This document shows, in pieces, positions 19,870 to 29,103 of a stretch of 64,000 nucleotides of DNA (the first letter of the stretch is position 1; each line of letters starts with the position of its first letter). Source of the DNA: Thermoanaerobaculia bacterium (GTDB lineage Bacteria; Acidobacteriota; Thermoanaerobaculia; UBA5066); assembly GCA_963719225.1 (NCBI GenBank), contig CAVRAY010000001.1:1984001-2048000 (forward strand), written 5' to 3'. A program made the translations under genes and the position numbers. The notes under the pieces were generated by a model, which was not told where the DNA came from, ran no database searches, and saw only the letters and a program-made list of their open reading frames with translations.

Positions 19870-21165
19870 ATGGATCCGCAACGCCTCGTGTATGACTGGA
19901 ACCGCGCAGGAGGGGAGGGCCGGCCCCGCCACGTTCCCGTCGAGCTCGTCGACGAAACTCTTCGGGACGGTCTTCAGTCTCCGTCGGCTGTCGCGCCGAC
20001 GCTCGACGAGAAGTTCGACCTTCTCGTCTTGATGGAGCGCCTCGGCGTGGATACGGCCGTCATCGGGATTCCCGCCGCGGGCGGCAGCTCCGTCTCGGAC
20101 CTGTCGTGGCTCGTCCGGCGCATGACGGATTCGGGGCTTTCGCTCCGGCCGTGCTGCGCGGCGCGCACGCTCACGTCCGACATCGAGCCGATCATCGAGA
20201 TCTCCCAGGACACGGGCCGGGAAATGGAGATGACGACGTTCATCGGGTCTTCGCCGATCCGCCAGTACGTCGAGGACTGGGACCTCTCGCGAATGATGAA
20301 GCTCACCCGGGACGCCGTGTCGCTCGGTGTCCGCAACTCCCTTCGGGTCACCTTCGTCACCGAGGACACGACGCGCGCCCGCCCCGAGGACCTCGTCTCG
20401 CTCTACGGGACCGCTATCGCCGCTGGCGCCAGCCGGATCTGCGCCTGCGACACCGTGGGCCATGCAACGCCCGAAGGTGCCGCGGCGCTCGTCGGCTTTC
20501 TGGCGGAGTTCGTGGCGCGCGAGAACCCGGACGTGCTCATCGACTGGCACGGTCATGAAGACCGCGGACTCTCCGTCGCGAACTCGCTGGCCGCCCTGCG
20601 GGCCGGCGCGCACCGGGTGCACGGCTGCGGGCTGGGAGTCGGCGAGCGCGTCGGGAACACGCCGCTCGACCAGCTCCTCGTGAACCTCCAGCTCCTGGGC
20701 TGGATCGACCGCGACCTGTCCGCCCTCGCGACCTACGTCGGAAAGGTCTCCAGCTACCTGAAAGTCCCGGTCCCCGACGGGTACCCGGTGGTCGGCCGCG
20801 ACGCCTTCCGGACAGGGACCGGCGTCCACGCCGCGGCGATCGTCAAGGCCCGCGCGAAGGGCGACGACTGGCTCGCGGACAGGATCTACTCGGGTGTGCC
20901 CGCGGCCATGGTGGGCCTGACCCAGCTCATCGAGGTGGGACCGATGTCCGGCGAATCGAACGTGTTCTTCTGGCTGCGGGCTCGCGGCATCGACCCGACC
21001 CCGAGCCGGGTTGCCGCGCTCTACCGGGCCGCGAAGGCGTCCGACCACGTGCTTTCGGAGCCGGAAATCCGCACGGTGCTCTCGGCCCTGCCGGACGCGG
21101 GCGCCTCCGGGGTGTCCGCCCTCGAAGGCTCCCTGAACGAAACGCGAAAGGCTCTGCTTCCGTAG
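19870..21165 (+). CDS. LeuA/homocitrate synthase-like DRE-TIM acyltransferase lacking a C-terminal regulatory domain
   Basis: DETLRDGLQ, HGHEDRG, GERVGN motifs; 431 aa. Confidence 0.85.
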   Translation: MDPQRLVYDWNRAGGEGRPRHVPVELVDETLRDGLQSPSAVAPTLDEKFDLLVLMERLGVDTAVIGIPAAGGSSVSDLSWLVRRMTDSGLSLRPCCAARTLTSDIEPIIEISQDTGREMEMTTFIGSSPIRQYVEDWDLSRMMKLTRDAVSLGVRNSLRVTFVTEDTTRARPEDLVSLYGTAIAAGASRICACDTVGHATPEGAAALVGFLAEFVARENPDVLIDWHGHEDRGLSVANSLAALRAGAHRVHGCGLGVGERVGNTPLDQLLVNLQLLGWIDRDLSALATYVGKVSSYLKVPVPDGYPVVGRDAFRTGTGVHAAAIVKARAKGDDWLADRIYSGVPAAMVGLTQLIEVGPMSGESNVFFWLRARGIDPTPSRVAALYRAAKASDHVLSEPEIRTVLSALPDAGASGVSALEGSLNETRKALLP

Positions 21166-21166
21166 A

Positions 21167-22102
21167 ATGGCCCGAGTGAGTTCGGGATCTCCTGCCAAAG
21201 CGCCGGCCGGCGTCTTCTTTCAAAGGCACCTCCCGCTCTTCCTCGACTATCTCTCGGCGGAGAAAGGTCTCGCCCCGAACACGTTGGAGGCCTATCGCCG
21301 TGACCTTGCTGGATTTGGCCGGTTTCTCGCCTCGTCGCGCACGAATCCCGCGGGCGTCACCCGGCGGGACATCGTCGCGTTTCTCGGCGCGCGGCGCGCG
21401 GACGGCATGTCACCGCGGACGCTGGCGCGGGTGACTTCGGCCCTGCGGGGCCTCTACGGGTTCCTGGCGGCGGAGAAGGTCCTCGAGGCCGACCCCACGG
21501 CCGACCTCACGAATGCCCGCCGGTGGGCGATGCTTCCGAAGGTGCTGTCGCCCGAGGACGTGACGCGCCTTCTCGACGCGCCCGACGTCGCGACGCCGAG
21601 GGGCCTGCGAAACCGCGCTCTTTTCGAGCTGCTCTATGCGTGCGGCCTGCGCGTCTCCGAGCTCGCGGAGCTCCCCGTCGAGGCGCTCCGTCTCCCCGAG
21701 GGGTTTCTCGTCGTCCGCGGAAAAGGCTCGAAAGAGCGCGTCGTGCCGATCGCCGACTCGTCCGCCCGCTGGGTCGCGCGCTACCTCGAAGCGCTTCGGG
21801 CCGAAAAACCGGGCGCGGCGACGAGATGGGTCTTCCCCGGCGGACGCGGAAAGCCGATCACCCGGCAGACGGTCTTTCTCGCTCTGAAAGCCGCCGCGCG
21901 AAAAGCCGGCCTGCCGGCGGCCTCGGTGTCCCCGCACGTCCTGAGGCATGCGTTCGCGACGCATCTGGTGGATAATGACGCCGACCTGCGCGCCGTGCAG
22001 ATGATGCTCGGCCATGCGGACATCGCGACGACCGAGATCTACACGCATGTGTCCCGCTCCCGTGTCCGGAAGGTCTACGACCGGACGCACCCGCGGGCAT
22101 GA
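21167..22102 (+). CDS. xerD: Site-specific tyrosine recombinase XerD
   Basis: LLYACGLRVSEL, GKGSKERVVP, SPHVLRHAFATHL, DLRAVQMMLGHADIATTEIYTHV, HPRA C-terminus. Confidence 0.93.
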   Translation: MARVSSGSPAKAPAGVFFQRHLPLFLDYLSAEKGLAPNTLEAYRRDLAGFGRFLASSRTNPAGVTRRDIVAFLGARRADGMSPRTLARVTSALRGLYGFLAAEKVLEADPTADLTNARRWAMLPKVLSPEDVTRLLDAPDVATPRGLRNRALFELLYACGLRVSELAELPVEALRLPEGFLVVRGKGSKERVVPIADSSARWVARYLEALRAEKPGAATRWVFPGGRGKPITRQTVFLALKAAARKAGLPAASVSPHVLRHAFATHLVDNDADLRAVQMMLGHADIATTEIYTHVSRSRVRKVYDRTHPRA

Positions 22103-22123
22103 AAGGCCGGGAAGAGGAAGATT

Positions 22124-22939
22124 TTGCTCAAGAGGGGAACCGAAGAAGAAGATTTCCTTAGAAGGGTTGCGAGAGCTGCCGGCGTTTGGGGCGGGCTCTT
22201 GCTCTTCATGTTTTCGGCACCCTCCGCGGCCGCGTCCCTCGTCGTCTTCGAGGACGGGCGGCACATTCGGGTCGCGAGCTACGAGGTCGTCGAGGAGGAC
22301 CGCCTGGCCGTGAACCTCGTCGGAGGGGGGTCGATCACGATTCCCCTCGACGTCGTGGAGCGCATCGTCGACGAGGAATACGAGCGGCCGGCACCGGTTC
22401 CCGAGAGCGTTGCCGCGGGCCTCGCGAGCGAGCCGCCGGCGCCGGAGAGACGTTCCGTCCGCGCCTTCTCGGAAAATGTCTCTTCTCCTTCGGCTCTCTC
22501 TTCCTCCTCAGCAGCCGCTTTCTCTTCCTCGACGCCTTCCCCCTTCTCCTCCCAGATCCTGGAGGCCGCGAAACAGCACCACATCGACCCGGCCCTCATC
22601 GCTGCGGTCATTCGCGCGGAGTCGAACGGCTATCCGCGCGCCGTTTCCCGAAAAGGAGCGCGCGGGCTGATGCAGCTCATGCCGGCGACGGCGCGGCGGC
22701 TCGGGGTGAAGAGCGCCTTCGACCCGCGGGAGAACATCCGGGCGGGCACGGCGTACCTCGCCGAGCTCGCCAAGCGATTCGGCGAGACGAACGCGGACCT
22801 CATCCTCGCGGCGTACAACGCCGGGGAGCACGCCGTCGAGGAGCACGGCGGCGTTCCGCCATATCGCGAGACGCGCGATTACGTCAGGCGCGTCCTCGCG
22901 TTCTGGGCCTTGCTCGCGGCGTCCCGATCGGCTCTCTGA
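22124..22939 (+). CDS. Lytic transglycosylase (SLT domain)
   Basis: AVIRAES, SRKGARGLMQLMP, AAYNAG, PPYRETRDYV; start uncertain. Confidence 0.92.
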   Translation: MLKRGTEEEDFLRRVARAAGVWGGLLLFMFSAPSAAASLVVFEDGRHIRVASYEVVEEDRLAVNLVGGGSITIPLDVVERIVDEEYERPAPVPESVAAGLASEPPAPERRSVRAFSENVSSPSALSSSSAAAFSSSTPSPFSSQILEAAKQHHIDPALIAAVIRAESNGYPRAVSRKGARGLMQLMPATARRLGVKSAFDPRENIRAGTAYLAELAKRFGETNADLILAAYNAGEHAVEEHGGVPPYRETRDYVRRVLAFWALLAASRSAL

Positions 22940-22942
22940 CGG

Positions 22943-23473
22943 ATGTTCCGCATCGCGCGCGCCTTCCTCGTCGCGGCGCCCGCGGCTTTCCTGCTCGTCC
23001 TCGTTTCGTTTCTCGCGATGCATCCGCGCGCGGCCGAGGCCTTCGTGCCCTATCCGTTGCTGGCCGACGCGCTCGGCGCGGCCCTTTCGAAGAGACCTTT
23101 CGTGCGGTTCGTCGCCGCCTCGATCCTGTTTTTCCTTCCTCTCTATCTCATGTCGGGCGTCCTGCTGCTCTTCGCGGACCTGGGAGTCTCGGCCGCGGCG
23201 CCACTGTGGTCGCGCGGCCCACGTCGGCGGTCCGATGCGTCGATTCCTCCCGAGAGCCGGTGGGGGTTCCTCGCGATCACGGTCCTGGCGGCCGTGGCGT
23301 TCGGCGTCTCGCTTCACCGCGTGGCGCACGGAGGTGACCTTCCGGGCGGGATCAACATCGGACCCCTCCTCGTCGTGCTCGCCTCCTTCGCCGCCCTGAT
23401 CTCGGCCCTCGTCGTGGCGGGTCTTCTCGCGGTGCCGCGCGCGGTCATCGGACGCCTTCGCACCCCCGCCTGA
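22943..23473 (+). CDS. Hypothetical membrane protein
   Basis: About four hydrophobic segments; fills the operon gap. Confidence 0.7.
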   Translation: MFRIARAFLVAAPAAFLLVLVSFLAMHPRAAEAFVPYPLLADALGAALSKRPFVRFVAASILFFLPLYLMSGVLLLFADLGVSAAAPLWSRGPRRRSDASIPPESRWGFLAITVLAAVAFGVSLHRVAHGGDLPGGINIGPLLVVLASFAALISALVVAGLLAVPRAVIGRLRTPA

Positions 23474-23504
23474 GGGGCCGAACGCCGTCCGTATACTCGG
23501 CGCC

Positions 23505-25043
23505 GTGAACGCCAGCGCCGATACGGTCGTCGTCCTCGACTTCGGCTCCCAGTACACGCAGGTGATCGCCCGGCGGATCCGCGAGGCGAGGGTGCGATCG
23601 GTCGTCCTTCCGTTCGACGCGAAGGTGGGAGAGATCGCGGCGCAGTCCCCGAAGGGGATCATCCTGTCGGGAGGCCCCTCGAGCGTGTACGACGTGGGAG
23701 CGCCGCAGGGCGACCCGGGACTGTTCGACCTCGGTGTGCCGGTGCTCGGCCTTTGCTACGGGATGATGTGGATCGCCCAGCGCTGCGGCGGCAAGGTGGG
23801 GAGCGCACCGGGTCGCGAATACGGCCGCGCGCACGTGAAGGTTTCGGGGGGCCGGCTCTTTCGCGGTCTCGGCCCGAACGAAACGATCTGGATGAGCCAC
23901 GGGGACCATGTCGAGACCGCTCCTCCCGGCTTCGCCGTCACCGCCACGACCGAGAACGCGCCCGTCGCCGCATTCGAGGACCCCGCGCGCGCTCTCTACG
24001 GAATCCAGGGCCATCCGGAGGTCCATCACTCCGAGCACGGAGCCCAGATGCTCGAGAACTTCCTCTACGACGTCTGCGGCGCGAAGGCCTCGTGGACGAT
24101 GGCCGGCTTCCGAGCTGCGGCGGTCTCGCGCCTGAGAGGCGAGGTTAAGCACGGGGTCGTCCTGGGAGCCCTGTCCGGCGGCGTGGACTCGACGGTGGCG
24201 GCGGTCCTGACGCGCGAGGCGGTGGGCGACCGCTTTCGCGGCGTCTTCGTGGACACGGGTCTCCTGAGAAAGAACGAAGGGCGTCAGGTTCTCGAAGCTT
24301 TCCGCCACCTGGACCTGCCCGTGACGGGAGTCGACGCCTCGGAGGTTTTCTTCAGGTCTCTCGCGGGCGTGTCCGAGCCCGAAAGGAAGCGGAAGATCAT
24401 CGGGGGGCTCTTCATCGACGTCTTCACCGAGAACGCGAAGGCCGTGGACGGCGCCGAGTGGCTCCTTCAGGGCACGCTCTATCCGGACGTGATCGAGTCC
24501 GTTTCGATCAAGGGGCCTTCGGCGGTCATCAAGACGCATCACAACGTGGGCGGGCTGCCCGAAAAGCTCGGGTTCCGCCTGCTCGAGCCTCTCCGTGAAT
24601 TGTTCAAGGACGAGGTCCGGCGCCTCGGCGAGGAACTTGGAATCCCCGGCGAGATGCTCTCGCGCCATCCGTTTCCGGGCCCCGGTCTCGCCGTGCGCAT
24701 CCCGGGCGAGATCACGAGGGACCGTGTCCGGATCCTGCAGGACGCCGACGCGATCTTCCTCGAGGAGCTGCGCTCGGGCGGCTTCTACGAGAGGACCTCC
24801 CAGGCCTTCGCGGTGCTCCTGCCCGTGAAGAGCGTCGGCGTCATGGGCGACGGCCGCACCTACGAGAGCGTCATCGCGCTGCGGGCCGTCACGACGGAGG
24901 ACTTCATGACGGCTGACTGGGCCCGCCTGCCGCACGACCTCCTCGACCGGGCTTCCCGCCGCATCGTGGGCGAGGTGCGCGGCGTGAACCGCGTCGTCTA
25001 CGACGTCACGTCGAAGCCGCCCGGCACGATCGAGTGGGAGTGA
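23505..25043 (+). CDS. guaA: GMP synthase (glutamine-hydrolysing)
   Basis: LDFGSQYTQ, SGGVDS, IKTHHNVGGLP, SKPPGTIEWE. Confidence 0.98.
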   Translation: MNASADTVVVLDFGSQYTQVIARRIREARVRSVVLPFDAKVGEIAAQSPKGIILSGGPSSVYDVGAPQGDPGLFDLGVPVLGLCYGMMWIAQRCGGKVGSAPGREYGRAHVKVSGGRLFRGLGPNETIWMSHGDHVETAPPGFAVTATTENAPVAAFEDPARALYGIQGHPEVHHSEHGAQMLENFLYDVCGAKASWTMAGFRAAAVSRLRGEVKHGVVLGALSGGVDSTVAAVLTREAVGDRFRGVFVDTGLLRKNEGRQVLEAFRHLDLPVTGVDASEVFFRSLAGVSEPERKRKIIGGLFIDVFTENAKAVDGAEWLLQGTLYPDVIESVSIKGPSAVIKTHHNVGGLPEKLGFRLLEPLRELFKDEVRRLGEELGIPGEMLSRHPFPGPGLAVRIPGEITRDRVRILQDADAIFLEELRSGGFYERTSQAFAVLLPVKSVGVMGDGRTYESVIALRAVTTEDFMTADWARLPHDLLDRASRRIVGEVRGVNRVVYDVTSKPPGTIEWE

Positions 25044-25058
25044 AGCCGGGAGATCCGG

Positions 25059-25200
25059 TCAGTCGGAGACGACCCGGATCTCGTTGACGACCGAGCGGAC
25101 GCCGGCCGCGCGACCCGCCTCCGCAGCCGCCCGAGGCCGGTCCACGTCGCTGTTCAGCGTCCCTTCCGGCCACCGAAGCCTCCCGCGTCTCGGAAGGCAA
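25059..25200 (-). pseudogene. Degraded BON-domain gene remnant
   Basis: C-terminal 'EGTLNSDVDRPRAAAEAGRAAGVRSVVNEIRV' resembles a BON end; the preceding 'ETREASV' is in another frame; no credible start. Confidence 0.5.
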
Positions 25201-25299
25201 TGAGCGTGCCGCGATGAGCCCGCCGGGCCGGGGACCAGCGCTCGGACAGCACGGGTACAATGCCGCTCCTTCGCCAACCGCCATTCCAGGGAGAAAACC

Positions 25300-28200
25300 G
25301 TGGTGAAGAGAGTCGTCAAGAGCGCGCAGCGGAGCACCCGGGCGGCACGGGCTCGCCCTTCGCCGAAAGTGCGCCGGCCAAGAGCCGTTGCTCCGGACGC
25401 GGCGCGCTCGCCCGAAGACTTCCCGATCGTGGCCGTGGGTGCGTCCGCGGGCGGTCTCGAGGCGATGACCGAGCTCCTGTCGAACATCCCCTCGGACTCC
25501 GGGATGGCTCTCGTCGTTCTCCAGCATCTCGATCCCTCACGCGCGAGCCTTCTCGGGGACCTCCTGGCGCGTTCGAGCGCGATGCCGGTCCGCCAGATCC
25601 GGACCGGGCTGCGGATGGAATCCGGGCACGTCTACGTCGCTCCGGCCGCGACGCGAATCGACCTCGACGGCGAAGCGTTCGTCGTGACGCCCCTCCAGAA
25701 GGGCCATGCCCGCGACCTTCCGATCGACCGACTCTTCGAGCGCCTCGCGACGCTCCACGGAAGCCGCGTCGCGGGCGTCATTCTCTCCGGCACGCTGTCC
25801 GACGGCGCCCGGGGGCTCCAGGTCATCAAGTCGGCCGGGGGCGTGACGTTCGCCCAGGACGAGGTCTCCGCGAAATTCCCCGACATGCCGCACGCCGCCG
25901 CCGCGACGGGCAGCGTCGATTTCGTTCTCCCTCCCAAGGAGATCGCCTCGCATCTCGTGACGCTCGCGAGCCATCCTCTCGTTCGTCGCGAGACGCCCGA
26001 AGGCGGAACTCAATCCGCGTACCAGCGGATTCTGGCGATGCTGCGCGTGGCGAGCGGAGTGAGCTTCGCGCACTACCGGCAAACGACCGTCCGGCGGCGG
26101 ATCCTCCGGCGTCTGGTCCTGAACAAGATCCAGGATCTCTCCGAGTACGTCGCCTATCTGCGGGAGCATCCCGAGGAAGCCGTCGCGGCCTACGAGGACA
26201 TCCTGATCAGGGTGACCTCCTTCTTCCGCGATCCCGAGACGTTCGACGCGCTCAAGAAGACGGTCTTCCCGGCGTTCGTCCAGGAGCCCCGGCACGACCG
26301 GATTCGCGTCTGGGTTCCGGGGTGCTCGACCGGCGAGGAGGCTTACTCGCTCGCCATCGCTCTTCTCGAGTTCCTCCCCGAGGCGGAAGGGATTCGCGTC
26401 CAGATCTTCGGCACGGACATCAGCGAGAAAGCCATCGGGAAGGCGCGCGCCGGCATCTACCCGGAGGACGCTTTCTCCTCGGTGTCGCCCGAGCGAAAGC
26501 GCCGTTTCTTCACGCGCGTGAACGAGGGATATCAGATCGCACGACAGGTCCGCGACCTGTGCATCTTCGCCCGGCAGAACGTCATCGAGGATCCCCCGTT
26601 CTCGAACATCGGCCTCGTGAGCTGCCGCAACCTTCTCATCTATCTCGAGCCCGTTCTGCAGAGCAAGGTCATCGGTCTTTTCCATTACGCCTTGAAGCCG
26701 TCCGGTTTCCTCCTTCTCGGCAGCGCCGAGGCGCTCGGTGACTTCGACGACTATTTTTCTCCGCTCGACAGGGGCAACCGCATTTTCGTGAAGCACGCGG
26801 TCCCGACGCCTGTCCTCCGGGGCCTCCCGGGCCCGACGCGGCCGGCGGAAGCGGTGCCCTCGAGGCCGGACGCCGGGCTCGGCGGAACGGCCACGACCCT
26901 GGAGCTCCAGCGCCGCGCCGACCAGCTCGTGCTCCATGAATACGCTCCCCCGGGAGTCCTCGTGGACGATGCGTTCAACGTGATCCAGTTTCGCGGACGC
27001 ACGAGCCCCTATCTCGAGCCGGCGTCCGGCACCGCCAGCCTCAACGTGCTGAAGATGGCGCGTGAAGGCCTGATGGCCGAGCTCCGCTCGGCACTGCTGA
27101 AAGCGCGCAAGACGGGTCGCGGCGTGAGGACCGAGGGCCTTTCGATTCGCGAGGACGGGAAGACCCGCTCGGCGGCCCTCGACGTGACGCCGGTCAGGGA
27201 CGAGCCGTCGGGGATGCGGTGTTTTCTCGTCTTGTTCGAAGGGGCGCCGGAACGCCGCGGGGAGCCCCGCAAGCCGAAGCCCGCTTTCCGGAAGAAGGAG
27301 CCCGCTCCGGAGCGCTCGCCCGGCCGACTCAGGCGGGAGCTGGCCGAGACGAAGGACTATCTCCAGTCGATGATCGAGCAGCTCCAGGCCTCCAACGAGG
27401 AGCTGAGATCCGCGAACGAGGAGATTCTCTCGTCGAACGAAGAGCTTCAATCCACGAACGAAGAGCTCGAGACCACGAAGGAAGAGCTCCAATCCACGAA
27501 CGAGGAGCTCACGGTCGTCAACGAGGAGCTGAACACGCGCAATGCGCTGCTGTCCCGCAGCCTCGAGGATGTCGAGAAGAGCCGCGATTTCGCCGTGTCG
27601 ATCCTCGAAACGATGAGAGAACCACTGGCCGTCCTGGACGACCGCTGGCGCCTCACGTCCGTCAACCGCGCGTTCCAGGACATGTTCCGGACCACTCCCG
27701 AATCTCTTCGCGGCGTCTCCCTCTTCGAGCTCGGGGAATGGCGCGAGCACGCGGCGCTTCTTCGCGATCGCCTCGACTCCATCGCCGGAACGCCCATGGT
27801 GATCACGGATTTTCCTCTGGAGCTCGTGGTCGCGGGGGTCCCGCGGAAGTTCATGGTGAACGCGTCGCGGGTCCGGCGCGGCCCGCTGATCCTCCTCGCC
27901 CTCGACGACGTCACGGAGCGGACGCTCCTCGAGGACGAGCTCCGCCAGGTGCAGAGGCTCGAATCGATCGGGACGCTCGCGGGCGGCGTCGCGCACGACT
28001 TCAACAACATCCTGAACATCATCCTGGCGCACACGTCTCTCGCCAGGCGGCTGCCGGGAGACCCCGAGAAAAGGGACGCGAGCCTTGCCGCCGTCGAAGG
28101 GGCCGTCAAGCGGGGGTCGGCGGTCGTGCGCCAGCTCCTGACGTTCGCGCGTCGGTCGGCGGCGGCGAACGCCCCGATCCAGCTGAACGAGCTGGTCGAG

Positions 28201-29097
28201 GAGCTCGTCGCCATGCTCCGCGAGACCTTTCCCCGGTCGATCGAGATCGAGACGTACCTCGAGCCGGGGCTGCCCCCGTTGCCCGTGGACTCCGGCCAGA
28301 TCCACCAGGTTCTCCTCAACGTGTGCGTCAATTCGCGTGACGCGATGCCGGATGGCGGGCACCTTCAGATCACGACGCGACTCCTCCCCGGAGACCAGGT
28401 GCGGCGGCAGTACCCCGAAGCCCAGGCTCCCTGGTACGCGGCCATCGCGGTTTCCGACACGGGTCTCGGTATGGACGAGGAGACCAAGCGGCACATGTTC
28501 GAGCCCTTCTTCACGACGAAGCCGATGGGAAGCGGGAGCGGTCTCGGGCTTGCCGTCGTCTACGGCGTCGTCAGGGCGCACCGGGGATTCGTGGACATCG
28601 TTTCGGATCGGGAGAAGGGCACGACGGTCCGCCTCCTGCTGCCGATCGAGGAGGTCGCCACGAAGCCCGCGATCGCAGCGGCAATTCCGGAGCGGACGGC
28701 CTCGGGCTCGGAGACCATTCTCCTCGTGGAGGACGAGGCGCCGCTTCGCGACGCGGTCAAGGAGCTGCTCGAGGAAGAAGGTTACGCCGTCCTGACGGCC
28801 GGGGACGGAGTCGAAGCCCTCCGGATCTTCGCCGAGAGGCCGGACTTGAAGCTGGTCGTGATGGACCTGGGCCTGCCCCACGTGTCGGGCCTGGAAACTC
28901 TGCAGCGGATGAAGGCGACGAACCCGGCCGTGCGGTGCGTCATCGTGAGCGGGAACCTCGACACCGAGCGCCGTAAGGAGCTGCACAACGCCGGAGTTCT
29001 CGCGACGCTCCGGAAGCCGTATCAGCCGTCCGAGCTCTTCGAAACCGTCCGAAGAGCCCTGGACGAGCCCAAGCCGGAAAAGAACGCTCCCGCCTGA
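25300..29097 (+). CDS. CheB-CheR-PAS hybrid histidine kinase with receiver domain
   Basis: GASAGG (CheB), VWVPGCSTGEEAYS (CheR), SNEELQSTNEEL coiled coil, AHDFNNIL, GSGLGL, C-terminal REC. Confidence 0.95.
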   Translation: MVKRVVKSAQRSTRAARARPSPKVRRPRAVAPDAARSPEDFPIVAVGASAGGLEAMTELLSNIPSDSGMALVVLQHLDPSRASLLGDLLARSSAMPVRQIRTGLRMESGHVYVAPAATRIDLDGEAFVVTPLQKGHARDLPIDRLFERLATLHGSRVAGVILSGTLSDGARGLQVIKSAGGVTFAQDEVSAKFPDMPHAAAATGSVDFVLPPKEIASHLVTLASHPLVRRETPEGGTQSAYQRILAMLRVASGVSFAHYRQTTVRRRILRRLVLNKIQDLSEYVAYLREHPEEAVAAYEDILIRVTSFFRDPETFDALKKTVFPAFVQEPRHDRIRVWVPGCSTGEEAYSLAIALLEFLPEAEGIRVQIFGTDISEKAIGKARAGIYPEDAFSSVSPERKRRFFTRVNEGYQIARQVRDLCIFARQNVIEDPPFSNIGLVSCRNLLIYLEPVLQSKVIGLFHYALKPSGFLLLGSAEALGDFDDYFSPLDRGNRIFVKHAVPTPVLRGLPGPTRPAEAVPSRPDAGLGGTATTLELQRRADQLVLHEYAPPGVLVDDAFNVIQFRGRTSPYLEPASGTASLNVLKMAREGLMAELRSALLKARKTGRGVRTEGLSIREDGKTRSAALDVTPVRDEPSGMRCFLVLFEGAPERRGEPRKPKPAFRKKEPAPERSPGRLRRELAETKDYLQSMIEQLQASNEELRSANEEILSSNEELQSTNEELETTKEELQSTNEELTVVNEELNTRNALLSRSLEDVEKSRDFAVSILETMREPLAVLDDRWRLTSVNRAFQDMFRTTPESLRGVSLFELGEWREHAALLRDRLDSIAGTPMVITDFPLELVVAGVPRKFMVNASRVRRGPLILLALDDVTERTLLEDELRQVQRLESIGTLAGGVAHDFNNILNIILAHTSLARRLPGDPEKRDASLAAVEGAVKRGSAVVRQLLTFARRSAAANAPIQLNELVEELVAMLRETFPRSIEIETYLEPGLPPLPVDSGQIHQVLLNVCVNSRDAMPDGGHLQITTRLLPGDQVRRQYPEAQAPWYAAIAVSDTGLGMDEETKRHMFEPFFTTKPMGSGSGLGLAVVYGVVRAHRGFVDIVSDREKGTTVRLLLPIEEVATKPAIAAAIPERTASGSETILLVEDEAPLRDAVKELLEEEGYAVLTAGDGVEALRIFAERPDLKLVVMDLGLPHVSGLETLQRMKATNPAVRCVIVSGNLDTERRKELHNAGVLATLRKPYQPSELFETVRRALDEPKPEKNAPA

Positions 29098-29103
29098 GCG
29101 GTT

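Noticed and set aside
21167-22102. Tyrosine recombinase as the integrase of the post-guaA island
   Set aside because: It has housekeeping XerD signatures and lies upstream of guaA in a core operon.
27380-27535. Tandem AACGAGGAGCT-like repeats
   Set aside because: They encode the normal NEELQS heptads of CheBR kinases; a protein-level repeat.
25537-28986. Long antisense ORFs (1149 aa here; also 3066-5285, 29527-31614, 41903-43879 and others)
   Set aside because: Shadow frames of GC-rich genes on the opposite strand; no recognisable motifs.
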